Shown here piece by piece: positions 56,317 through 64,000 of a stretch of DNA of 64,000 bases. How positions within the stretch are numbered: position 1 is the first letter of the stretch; each line of letters opens with the position of its first letter. The notes under the pieces are model-generated. The model saw only the letters and a program-made list of their open reading frames with translations, ran no database searches and was not told the origin of the DNA. Source of the DNA: Candidatus Eremiobacter antarcticus (lineage in GTDB: Bacteria; Vulcanimicrobiota; Vulcanimicrobiia; Eremiobacterales; Eremiobacteraceae); NCBI GenBank assembly GCA_003244105.1, contig QHBK01000017.1:6907-70906 (forward strand), written 5' to 3'. The position numbers and the translations under genes were made by a program.

Positions 56317-57777
56317 TCAGATGGCGTTTGGGTTCAAGGCGATCTGACTCTTGACGTACCGAACCGCCGCCTTCAACTGTACGTCTTTGCCGGCGACGCC
56401 GGTATTCCGGTAGTCCATCGGTACCACGATGTTGGGCTCGATGCCCTTTTTATTGATATCTCGCCCATTCGGCGTGACGTACCTTTGCGTTGTGACTTTG
56501 ATGGCACTCCCGCCCGGGAGATCATAAATCGTCTGCACGACGCCCTTGCCGAAGGTCTTCGTGCCGATGAGCACGCCGATCTTGGAGTCTTGGATGGCGC
56601 CGGCCGTGATCTCAGACGCGCTTGCCGAGTACTGATTCACGAGCACCGCCAGAGGATGGGGCGGAATCGCATCTTGATTCGCGTCGTCTGTTTCCACGTG
56701 GCCTTCCCGGTCGATGCGCGAGACGATCGGTCCGTCAGCGATGAACTTCGACGAGATGTTGACTGCAGCGTCCAGCAGGCCACCGCCGTTGTTGCGCAGG
56801 TCCAAGATGAAACCGCGCGCGCCGGATTTGAGCAGCGAGTTGAGCGAGTCCGTCACTTCTTGCGTCGAGCGTTCGCCGAAATCGAACAGTTGGATATAAC
56901 CGATGTTCCCCGGCAGCATGCGCGAGGTCATCGACGGGACCTCGATCTTCTGGCGCTCGATCGCGTAGCTGCGCACGTCCGTGCGGCTGCGCCGCACCAC
57001 TAAGTTGACCGTGCTGCCGGCCCGGCCGCGGATCATGTTCATCACCACGTCAAGATCGAGCCCATGGGCGGTTTTGCCGTTCACCGAAACGATGATATCG
57101 CCGCGCTTAAGCCCCGCCCGAGCGGCCGGTGTGCCGTCGATCGGCTGAATCACGTTGATGTCTTTGGTCTTGGCGTCACGCCCGATGTAGATGCCGATGC
57201 CGCCGAAGTCGCCGCCTTGGATGAACTCAGAAAGCGACGTCTTGTCGCGCGGGCTCAAAAACACCGTGTAGGGATCGTTCAACGCGTTGAGCGCCCCAGC
57301 GATGGCGGAGAACGTCAAGTAATTGTAGCCGACTTGGTTTCCGTAGCGGTGCAGCGCGTTTGAAAGCAGCTGGTTGGCCTGCTCATTGACCTGGGACGAG
57401 GGAGCCTGTGGATCGACCGTGACTGCGGGCAGCTGCGCGACGACATGCTTCGCCTTGAGGTAGGCGAGCAGCCCGTTGCGCTCGCCCGTGATGACCAGCG
57501 ATTCGTCGACCGGCTTGTAGTACACGCGCCTGATCTTGTCGAGCGAGAGGTCCAGCATGTCCAGATCGCGCTGCTCGTCGGAACTCGAGCCGCGATCGTT
57601 TGCGTCGCGGGCGACGCCTCCCAGATCGAAGGCGAGAACCGGATTGTGAGCGGTCAGCTGCTGGCCGGCTTGGTGGCGGTGCGCCTGAAGCAGCAGCACC
57701 ACGAGTATGACGATGAAGACGCTCAGCGCGCCGATGGTCGGTCGAAAGCGGGCCACGGTTCGGTGGGATCCTTTCAA
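56317..57777 (-). CDS. carboxyl-terminal processing protease (S41 family) with PDZ domain, paralog 2
   Basis: Same architecture as paralog 1: IQPIDGTPAARAGLKRGDIIVSVNGK (PDZ) and LDLRNNGGGLLDAAVNIS (S41). N-terminal TM anchor. Confidence 0.88.
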   Translation of the reverse strand: MKGSHRTVARFRPTIGALSVFIVILVVLLLQAHRHQAGQQLTAHNPVLAFDLGGVARDANDRGSSSDEQRDLDMLDLSLDKIRRVYYKPVDESLVITGERNGLLAYLKAKHVVAQLPAVTVDPQAPSSQVNEQANQLLSNALHRYGNQVGYNYLTFSAIAGALNALNDPYTVFLSPRDKTSLSEFIQGGDFGGIGIYIGRDAKTKDINVIQPIDGTPAARAGLKRGDIIVSVNGKTAHGLDLDVVMNMIRGRAGSTVNLVVRRSRTDVRSYAIERQKIEVPSMTSRMLPGNIGYIQLFDFGERSTQEVTDSLNSLLKSGARGFILDLRNNGGGLLDAAVNISSKFIADGPIVSRIDREGHVETDDANQDAIPPHPLAVLVNQYSASASEITAGAIQDSKIGVLIGTKTFGKGVVQTIYDLPGGSAIKVTTQRYVTPNGRDINKKGIEPNIVVPMDYRNTGVAGKDVQLKAAVRYVKSQIALNPNAI

Positions 57778-57904
57778 ATTGCTTTGTGGGACAGTCGGTA
57801 AAAGGTTACATCTCTTAGTTGGGTCGCGAAAACATCATTCCCTGTTAACGCAAGGGTGCCCTAAAACCATCGACACAACACGCGCACAGTTGATGAAGGT
57901 GCCG

Positions 57905-59131
57905 TTAAAGGCGCGTGAGAGGATTCACCGGCACGCCGTTCACCCGGATCTCAAAATGCAGGTGAGGGCCCGTGGCATAGCCGGTCGCTCCGACGGCGCC
58001 AATCACCTGGCCCCGCTGAACGCTTTGATTGGGCGAGACATACATGGCCGAGCAGTGGGCGTACAGCGTGGAGAGGCCGGCACCGTTGTCGACGATGATC
58101 GCGTTGCCGTAACCGCCGTACCAGGCAGCATAGATGACGAGGCCATCAGCCGCAGCCTCGATCGGCACTCCGTACCCCGCCGCAATGTCTACACCAGAAT
58201 GCAGCTGATATCGTCCCGTAACGGGGTCGGTTCGCATGCCGAATGGTGACGTGATAGGTCCGCGCACCGGCCACATGAACAGAACGGGGCCGCCTTCGGG
58301 CCGCTCCATCGGCGGCGGCAGACCGGCGGCCATGGCGGCAATCCGGCGAGCTTGCGCTGCAGCCAAGCGAGCGCGCAAGACTGCCAGAGCATCCTCACGT
58401 TGCTTTTCGCGGATCAGCGCTTGCAAACGGGCCTCTTCGGCGGCGGTGAGGTTCTCCAGCTCGTCCACTTGCTGCGCTATGGCGGACCGCTGCGTGGCCG
58501 CCAACGCCAGGAGATTGCGCCGCTCGTCCGCGAGCAGTCCGAGCTGGGCTTGGCGGTTCTCTTGCTCCTGGCGCTGGCGCTCGAGCGCGGATTGCGTGCT
58601 CTGCAAGTCGGCTACCAGCTTCTGGTAGCGCGCCTGCTCGCGGTTGACGTTGCCGATCAGGGACGCGTCGGCTTTGATGATGAAGCGGATGAAATCAAAG
58701 CGTTCGATGAAGTCGACGAACGACGTAGCGCTCAACAAGACATCGAGATACGACGCAGTGCCGTACTCGTACACATCGACCAGCCGATGGTTCAGCGCGT
58801 CGCGATGGCGATCCAAAATCGCTTCCGTCACTCTGAGTTCGTGGCGCCGGGTCGTGAGGCGCGCCTGGTTCGCGCTGATGGCCGACGCCAACTCGCCCAA
58901 GTCCATGCGGACGCGGCTGATGCTGCTCTGCACCGCTCCGAGCTGGGCCGCAATCGATTGCTCTTTGAACCTCGCGCTGTGCAGCTGCTTCCGGCTGGCC
59001 TCGAGCTTGCGCTGCGTTGCTTCGAGAATGGCGCGCTTCTGGCGTATCTTCTCGTTGATCGACGGTCGCGCTGCACCCGCGGCGCCGTGCTGACCGAGAG
59101 GCGAGAACAGCGGCGCAAGGGTGAACGCCAA
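57905..59131 (-). CDS. M23/LytM-domain peptidase with N-terminal coiled coils (EnvC-like FtsEX-associated murein hydrolase activator)
   Basis: ~250 aa of coiled coil, then LytM domain (GIDIAAGYGVPIEAAADGLVIYAAWYGGYGNAIIVDNGAG...GPHLHFEIRVNG). The start codon appears to be TTG at 59131; a longer N-terminal signal cannot be excluded. Confidence 0.85.
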   Translation of the reverse strand: MAFTLAPLFSPLGQHGAAGAARPSINEKIRQKRAILEATQRKLEASRKQLHSARFKEQSIAAQLGAVQSSISRVRMDLGELASAISANQARLTTRRHELRVTEAILDRHRDALNHRLVDVYEYGTASYLDVLLSATSFVDFIERFDFIRFIIKADASLIGNVNREQARYQKLVADLQSTQSALERQRQEQENRQAQLGLLADERRNLLALAATQRSAIAQQVDELENLTAAEEARLQALIREKQREDALAVLRARLAAAQARRIAAMAAGLPPPMERPEGGPVLFMWPVRGPITSPFGMRTDPVTGRYQLHSGVDIAAGYGVPIEAAADGLVIYAAWYGGYGNAIIVDNGAGLSTLYAHCSAMYVSPNQSVQRGQVIGAVGATGYATGPHLHFEIRVNGVPVNPLTRL

Positions 59132-59198
59132 AGCTGCGAGGCTGGCAGCGGCTACGCGCCTTCCATCTGACGCGGGATGCCTGCGGCTCGAGGTTCTC

Positions 59199-60086
59199 TC
59201 AGGCCGTCTGCAGATAGCGGCTTACCGACAACATGCTCGAAAGCATGCCGACCAAGATTCCCACGACGACGAGCTCGAGCGCCAAGTGCTGCACCGGTAC
59301 GCTGCTCATGGAGAACGGCACGAACGGCACGTTGACGGCCAGTTTGGGAACGAGCGACCGGTACGCCGCGAACAACGCGGCGATTCCGATGAGGGCGCCG
59401 ATGGCGCCCGTCAGCACGCCCTCGAAGACGAAGGGCCAGCGCACCGTCCAGCGCGTGGCGCCTACCAGCTGCATGATTCGGATCTCGCGCTGGCGCGCGA
59501 AGACGGTCAGCCGTATGGTGTTGTACATGATCAGCGAGGTCGCGATGAGCAGCATGACGATGATGCTCAAGCCGACCGCGCTGAACACCGCCTCGGCGCG
59601 CAAGAGCTTTTCGGTCACGCCGCTTCCATAGTTGACGATGTCCACGCCCGGCTGCCTCTTGATCTCGGCGGCGAGCGGCGGCACGTTTGCCGGGTCGACG
59701 GGGTGCACGACGATGGTATTCGGCAACGGATTCGTGTTGATGACGTTGAGATTCATCTGTCCGCGCAAGCGCTGCCGCAGATTCATCATGGCCCGCTTCT
59801 TGCTGACGAAGCGCACGCTGTCGACACGCGGATCCGCTTGCAGCATCGCCGTCAGATGATGGATGGCCGGCTGTTTGAGATCGTCGCGCAGATATGCCGC
59901 GATGACGACTTGCCCCACCACGCTCTTCATGACGGTGTCAAACGATGCGCGCAAGAACAAGAAGACGCCCAACAAAACGATGGAGATCGCGATCGTGCCG
60001 ATGGCGGTCAGCGCCATCGCGACGTTACGCGTGAAATTCTGGGCCACTTCGGCCCAGAAGAACGCGACCTTACCCCAGTCCAACAT
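59199..60086 (-). CDS. ftsX: cell division permease FtsX
   Basis: N-terminal TM helix, periplasmic loop domain, and C-terminal FtsX bundle (IRLTVFARQREIRIMQLVGATRWTVRWPFVFEGVL). Start at ATG 60086, overlapping ftsE by 17 nt. Confidence 0.88.
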   Translation of the reverse strand: MLDWGKVAFFWAEVAQNFTRNVAMALTAIGTIAISIVLLGVFLFLRASFDTVMKSVVGQVVIAAYLRDDLKQPAIHHLTAMLQADPRVDSVRFVSKKRAMMNLRQRLRGQMNLNVINTNPLPNTIVVHPVDPANVPPLAAEIKRQPGVDIVNYGSGVTEKLLRAEAVFSAVGLSIIVMLLIATSLIMYNTIRLTVFARQREIRIMQLVGATRWTVRWPFVFEGVLTGAIGALIGIAALFAAYRSLVPKLAVNVPFVPFSMSSVPVQHLALELVVVGILVGMLSSMLSVSRYLQTA

Positions 60087-60759
60087 GGTACCGCCCGCGC
60101 TCTTCGTCTCGCGTGATGCGTCCATTGACGAGGCGCACGACGCGCTTGCGCATGCGGTCGACGACCGCTTGGTTATGAGTGGCGACCAGCATGGTCGTGC
60201 CCTTCGCGTTGATGCGCGCCAGCAGGGCCATGATCTCGCTTGAGGTCTCGGGATCGAGATTTCCGGTCGGCTCGTCGCACAGCAAGATCAAAGGATGATT
60301 CACGAGCGCACGCGCGATCGCGGCGCGCTGTTGCTCGCCGCCCGACAGCTCTTGCGGGAACATCTTGCTCTTGTGCGCGATGCCGACGAGCTCCAGCGTG
60401 CGCGGCACGCGCCGCAGAACGTCGCGCGAGCCTGCGCCTGTGACCTGCAGCGCGTAGGCGACGTTTTCCCAGACGGTCTTCTGATGCAAGAGCTTGAAGT
60501 CTTGAAACACGACCCCAACCTTGCGCCGCAAGAACGGAATGTCGCCGGCGCGCAACTCGGCCAGGCTCTGACCCTCGACCGTGATCTCTCCTTCGGTGGG
60601 CCGCACCTCGCGGTTGATGCACTTCAAAAGACTCGTCTTGCCTTGGCCCGTGCTGCCCACCAGGAACATGAAGTCGCCGCGCGTGATGGAGAGGCTCACA
60701 TCGCTGAGCGCGTGGACGCCGTTGGGATACACGAGCGAAACGTCGCGAAAAACGATCAT
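60070..60759 (-). CDS. ftsE: cell division ATP-binding protein FtsE
   Basis: 229 aa; Walker A GSTGQGKTS, signature LSGGEQQRAAIARAL, Walker B LLCDEPTGNLD; adjacent to ftsX. Confidence 0.9.
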   Translation of the reverse strand: MIVFRDVSLVYPNGVHALSDVSLSITRGDFMFLVGSTGQGKTSLLKCINREVRPTEGEITVEGQSLAELRAGDIPFLRRKVGVVFQDFKLLHQKTVWENVAYALQVTGAGSRDVLRRVPRTLELVGIAHKSKMFPQELSGGEQQRAAIARALVNHPLILLCDEPTGNLDPETSSEIMALLARINAKGTTMLVATHNQAVVDRMRKRVVRLVNGRITRDEERGRYHVGLG

Positions 60760-60876
60760 CGGCGGTCCGAATGGAGTTCGGCGCTGTGAGGCTGCATCGT
60801 GTGCGGTGTGCTTCGGCCGCTGGGTCACGCTGCCCTATCGGTGGGGACTGCGGCAGAAGACGGCAAAAGGAGCGGC

Positions 60877-62028
60877 ATGGATTTTGATTTGAGCTCCGAG
60901 CAACTCGACGTGCAACGGCTGTGCCGCGAGTTCGCGGACGAAGAGATCGCACCGCACGCGCAAGAGTGGGATGCCAAAGCGGAATTTCCGCTCGCCACCG
61001 TTCGCAAGATGGGAGAGCTCGGGCTGCTCGGTCTTCCCTTTCCTGAGAAATACGGCGGCGTCGGCGCGGACACGGTCTCCTACGCGCTCGCCGTCATGGA
61101 GATTGGACGCGCGGACGCATCCGTCGGCATCACGATGGCGGCGCACGTCTCGTTGGGATCGCAGCCGTTCTTCCAATTCGGCACGGAGGCGCAAAAACAG
61201 AAGTACCTCGCCCCGCTGGCCCGCGGCGAAAAACTGTGGGCGTTCGGATTGACGGAGCCGCAGGCTGGGTCGGATGCGGGCGCGATCACGACGACCGCGG
61301 ACCTCAAAGACGGCCGCTGGACCATCAACGGCGGAAAGTGCTTTATCACAAACGCCGGCACGGCGATGACAGGCGGGGTCACCATCACCGCGGTCACCGG
61401 CCGTCATACGGACGGGCGCACCGAGATCAGCAACATCATCGTTCCACAGGAGACGTCCGGTTATACACAGGCTCCGCCGTACAAGAAGATGGGATGGCGC
61501 GCTTCGGATACGCGCGAATTGACATTCATCGAGGCCGCAGTGCCGGAAGAGAACCTGCTGGGCGAGCGGGGCCGTGGCTTCAAGCAATTCCTCGACATCC
61601 TCGACGGCGGGCGCATCAGTGTGGGCGCGTTGTCCGTCGGTCTCGCGCAAGCGTGTTACGACGCGTCGTTGAAGTACGCCAAGGAGCGCCATCAATTCGG
61701 CCAAGCCATCGCACGCTTCCAGGCGGTCCAGTTCCAACTGGTCGACATGGCGGTCGAGATCGAGCTGGCGCGCACTGCGGTGCTGAAAGCCGCCTGGCTG
61801 AAAGATCACGATCGCGATTTCGCGACCGCAGCCGCTATGTCGAAGCTGTTCTCAGGCGAGGTTTCGCGGCGTGCCGCCAATGCCGCCGTCCAGATCCACG
61901 GAGGCTACGGTTTCATGGACGAATATCCGGTGTCGCGCTACTGGCGCGATTGCAAGATAAACGAGATCGGCGAAGGCACGAACGAAGTGCAGCGCATGGT
62001 GATCGCCCGGCAGCTCGACATCCGCTAG
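60877..62028 (+). CDS. acyl-CoA dehydrogenase (second, distinct paralog)
   Basis: MDFDLSSEQLDVQRLCREFADEEIAPHAQEWD...GLTEPQAGSDAGAITTTA...EIGEGTNEVQRMVIARQL. AAGGAG lies before ATG 60877. Confidence 0.9.
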   Translation: MDFDLSSEQLDVQRLCREFADEEIAPHAQEWDAKAEFPLATVRKMGELGLLGLPFPEKYGGVGADTVSYALAVMEIGRADASVGITMAAHVSLGSQPFFQFGTEAQKQKYLAPLARGEKLWAFGLTEPQAGSDAGAITTTADLKDGRWTINGGKCFITNAGTAMTGGVTITAVTGRHTDGRTEISNIIVPQETSGYTQAPPYKKMGWRASDTRELTFIEAAVPEENLLGERGRGFKQFLDILDGGRISVGALSVGLAQACYDASLKYAKERHQFGQAIARFQAVQFQLVDMAVEIELARTAVLKAAWLKDHDRDFATAAAMSKLFSGEVSRRAANAAVQIHGGYGFMDEYPVSRYWRDCKINEIGEGTNEVQRMVIARQLDIR

Positions 62029-62040
62029 GTTCGGCCGCGG

Positions 62041-63114
62041 TTAGTGCGTCGCGTCGACCGCTATGCCAAAGCCGCTCAAGGGCACAAGCGTATCGAAGAA
62101 CTGCCGCCGATTCGGGATGTTGGCGAAGGCTCCGCTTGCCGTCTCCGGATTCGGGATCACGTTGATCGCAATCGGATCGTAGACGAACAGCAAGTCGCGA
62201 ACGGCGTCGTAGGCCATCCCGCCCGGGCCCGTGCTGAAGTTGGTGATCGTCTGGCTGTGGCCTTGCGGCCCTGAGAACGTGCTCGCGTTGTGGATGACGT
62301 CGATTTGCCGGCGCGAGATCTCTCCCACGAAGAGGATGTCGTTCGCGGGGCTATACGCCAGCCCATCAGGCGAACTCAATCCCAGTATCTCTCTGCTGGC
62401 CGGAAGGCTGATGCTCGTGCCGCTGTTGGCTGCACTGAGCGCGGTAGCGGCGAAATTATCGAAGACGGCGACGACCGAACCCTCGTCGCTTACGAACAGG
62501 CGGCCGCTGCCGGGGTCCAACAACATCTCCTGAGGCCGGGGCGTTCCGCTTATGCCGGAGTCTGTGATGATGAGCGTGATGTTGGCCGAGGGCAACGATG
62601 CGCCGGTCAGCAGATGGGCGTTCTTATAGATCTGCACCGTGGGGCCGTTGACGTTGGCGACGTAGAGCACGTCGTTGACCGAGTCATAGGTTGCCGTGCC
62701 GGCACCGTTGCTATAGGGAACCTGCTGATCGGGGTTCATGTTGTTCTTGGTAGAAGCTGCGGTCCACAGCTTGACGGGCGTTGAGACAGGCGGGCCAAGC
62801 GTCGCGTTGGGGTATGCGCTCGGATACCAAAGCACGTCGAAGACCGGCGAATAGATGACGTCCGGGTTGCTCACGTCGCTTGTCGGAAGGGTCTCCACCG
62901 CATTGGCGGCTCCGTTCAGCAACGACGCTCCCCGGTAGACGCGGACCGTCTTGGACCCGTTGTCTTGCACGTATAAGGTGTCAGGCGCGGCGCTGCCCGT
63001 GACGGTGGGCGCGGGCGTAGGGGTAACTCCGGTGCTCTTCTTGCTGCAGCCGCCTCCCGCCATCAGGAGCGCAACGCACGCACAGGTAACGGCGATTCCC
63101 AACTTGGGATTCAT
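62041..63114 (-). CDS. lipoprotein with beta-propeller-type repeats
   Basis: AAGGAG 8 nt before ATG 63114. Lipoprotein signal MNPKLGIAVTCACVALLMAGGGC. Repeated strand motifs DVLYVAN / RLFVSDEG / DILFVGE / DLLFVYD spaced ~45-60 aa apart. Confidence 0.7.
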   Translation of the reverse strand: MNPKLGIAVTCACVALLMAGGGCSKKSTGVTPTPAPTVTGSAAPDTLYVQDNGSKTVRVYRGASLLNGAANAVETLPTSDVSNPDVIYSPVFDVLWYPSAYPNATLGPPVSTPVKLWTAASTKNNMNPDQQVPYSNGAGTATYDSVNDVLYVANVNGPTVQIYKNAHLLTGASLPSANITLIITDSGISGTPRPQEMLLDPGSGRLFVSDEGSVVAVFDNFAATALSAANSGTSISLPASREILGLSSPDGLAYSPANDILFVGEISRRQIDVIHNASTFSGPQGHSQTITNFSTGPGGMAYDAVRDLLFVYDPIAINVIPNPETASGAFANIPNRRQFFDTLVPLSGFGIAVDATH

Positions 63115-63225
63115 CAGGGTTGAATACTCCTTAGGCTGGCTGTCGTGCACCGGAGCGCCTGTTGAACGACGCTCCCCAAAGATGGCCCTGGTTTGGCGCA
63201 TCCTGGATGGGCGCCCTGCCGCGCG

Positions 63226-63262
63226 ATAAAAAGAAGGCCGCCGTCACCGGCGACCTTCTTCT
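63226..63262 (-). terminator. rho-independent terminator downstream of the partial outer-membrane protein gene
   Basis: Minus strand reads AAGAAGGTCGCCG-gtga-CGGCGGCCTTCTT followed by TTTTAT. Confidence 0.6.
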
Positions 63263-63283
63263 CTGTCAGACCTTGCGTTCGAC

Positions 63284-64000
63284 TTAGATCTTCGTTGAAA
63301 TCGTGAAGATGAAGTCGCGCGTGTTGGCGGCTGTGCCTGCAGCGTACGGATAGTAGTTGTCTCCGTAGTATGCAGTCGCCGGGTTCGGAGCCACCGCTCC
63401 GAATGCTCCCAGCGGCGCGCCGGTGTAGAAGAAGTTGTCGGCGTAAGAGACGATGTGCTGGCTGGTCGGCTGCTCCCACGGATAGCCGTGGTTCTTGACC
63501 TGCGTGATCAGGTTGGTCGCAAGAACCGAGGCTTTCATGTTCTTGCCGATGTCATGGGAAATTCCCAGGTTCATCACCCACCACGAGGGCCCTTTAAGCG
63601 AGCCGGGAGCATCGAACGTATTCGTGTACGGATCGGGTCCGTTGGCAGTGTCTCCGGTGACGTCCGGGAACTGCAGCGGATCGCCGTACGGGTTGCCCGA
63701 CTGGTAATTGAACGTCGGGGAGATGTCGAAGCCGTTCGTGCGGTAGTCCAGGTTGAGGTTGGCGACCCATTTCACGTCGTACGACGGCGATGTCGCGGTC
63801 GGTGCTTGCGTGAAGGACGGCGAGTAGTATCCCGCCGGATCCAGCAGCGCATAGTTCGTGCCGTGGTCCGTGTTGTATGCCGTGATCTGGCTGTTCACCA
63901 CATCGATGAAGGAAGCGCCGCTCGGGCCTCTGGTGAAGCGGATCTTCGAGTCGGTGTAGGTCACGGCCAGCGAGCCCGAGAGTCCGTTCTCAGCCGCACG
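63284..64000 (-). CDS. outer-membrane beta-barrel protein, C-terminal part only (TonB-dependent-receptor-like composition); 5' end lies beyond the window
   Basis: Open frame continues to the right edge with no stop upstream of the annotated M. G/N/Y/T-rich alternating pattern typical of OM barrels (YDVKWVANLNLDYRTNGFDISPTFNYQSG...). The C-terminal residue is not the usual aromatic, so the call is tentative. Confidence 0.4.
   Translation of the reverse strand, partial: RAAENGLSGSLAVTYTDSKIRFTRGPSGASFIDVVNSQITAYNTDHGTNYALLDPAGYYSPSFTQAPTATSPSYDVKWVANLNLDYRTNGFDISPTFNYQSGNPYGDPLQFPDVTGDTANGPDPYTNTFDAPGSLKGPSWWVMNLGISHDIGKNMKASVLATNLITQVKNHGYPWEQPTSQHIVSYADNFFYTGAPLGAFGAVAPNPATAYYGDNYYPYAAGTAANTRDFIFTISTKI

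Noticed and set aside
1-64000. Search for CRISPR repeats, tRNA/rRNA genes, transposases, integrases and phage genes
   Set aside because: No regularly spaced direct repeats, no cloverleaf-compatible conserved tRNA boxes in the few intergenic gaps over 100 bp, and no DDE, tyrosine-recombinase or phage structural protein signatures were seen.

Overview
This 64-kb window is a high-GC (about two-thirds G+C by eye) bacterial chromosome segment. It is almost fully coding, with about 60 CDS. I saw no rRNA, tRNA, CRISPR array, transposase or integrase.

The content is mostly housekeeping. Left part: ppdK, glyQS, a NatAB-like ABC pair, rlmN, a family-4 UDG and a GT2 glycosyltransferase. Next come hpf-secA-prfB (prfB carries the classic programmed +1 frameshift), a polysaccharide deacetylase with an LCP ligase, yajQ, a RodZ-like gene, mnmA and a thioredoxin-like protein. 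A three-gene futalosine (mqn) menaquinone operon, ftsK, an orphan DppC-like permease and RNase J follow.

In the right half there is a two-component system with an SDR and a QueA paralog, an acyl-CoA dehydrogenase, metE, acs, an ftsE-ftsX-envC-ctpA-ctpA cluster, a second acyl-CoA dehydrogenase, a beta-propeller lipoprotein and a 5'-partial outer-membrane barrel gene.

The best candidate for an undescribed system is a 9-gene operon at 31.0-40.1 kb. A YtrA-type GntR repressor sits behind a textbook sigma70 promoter with a perfect 8-4-8 palindromic operator. It is followed by a stomatin (SPFH) protein, a secreted protein, a Yip1 membrane protein, a TolC-like channel, a MacA-like adaptor, two different MacB/FtsX permeases and one ATPase.

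Immediately downstream is an htrA-dnaK-grpE-dnaJ-hspR heat-shock operon. It has a CIRCE-like element upstream of htrA and a perfect 10-3-10 palindrome in the dnaK leader. The 16-mer core of that palindrome recurs 24 kb away.

Gene content (TolC, a membrane-fusion protein, outer-membrane proteins, with Firmicutes-like hpf-secA-prfB synteny) suggests a diderm member of the Terrabacteria. I cannot assign a taxon from sequence alone.
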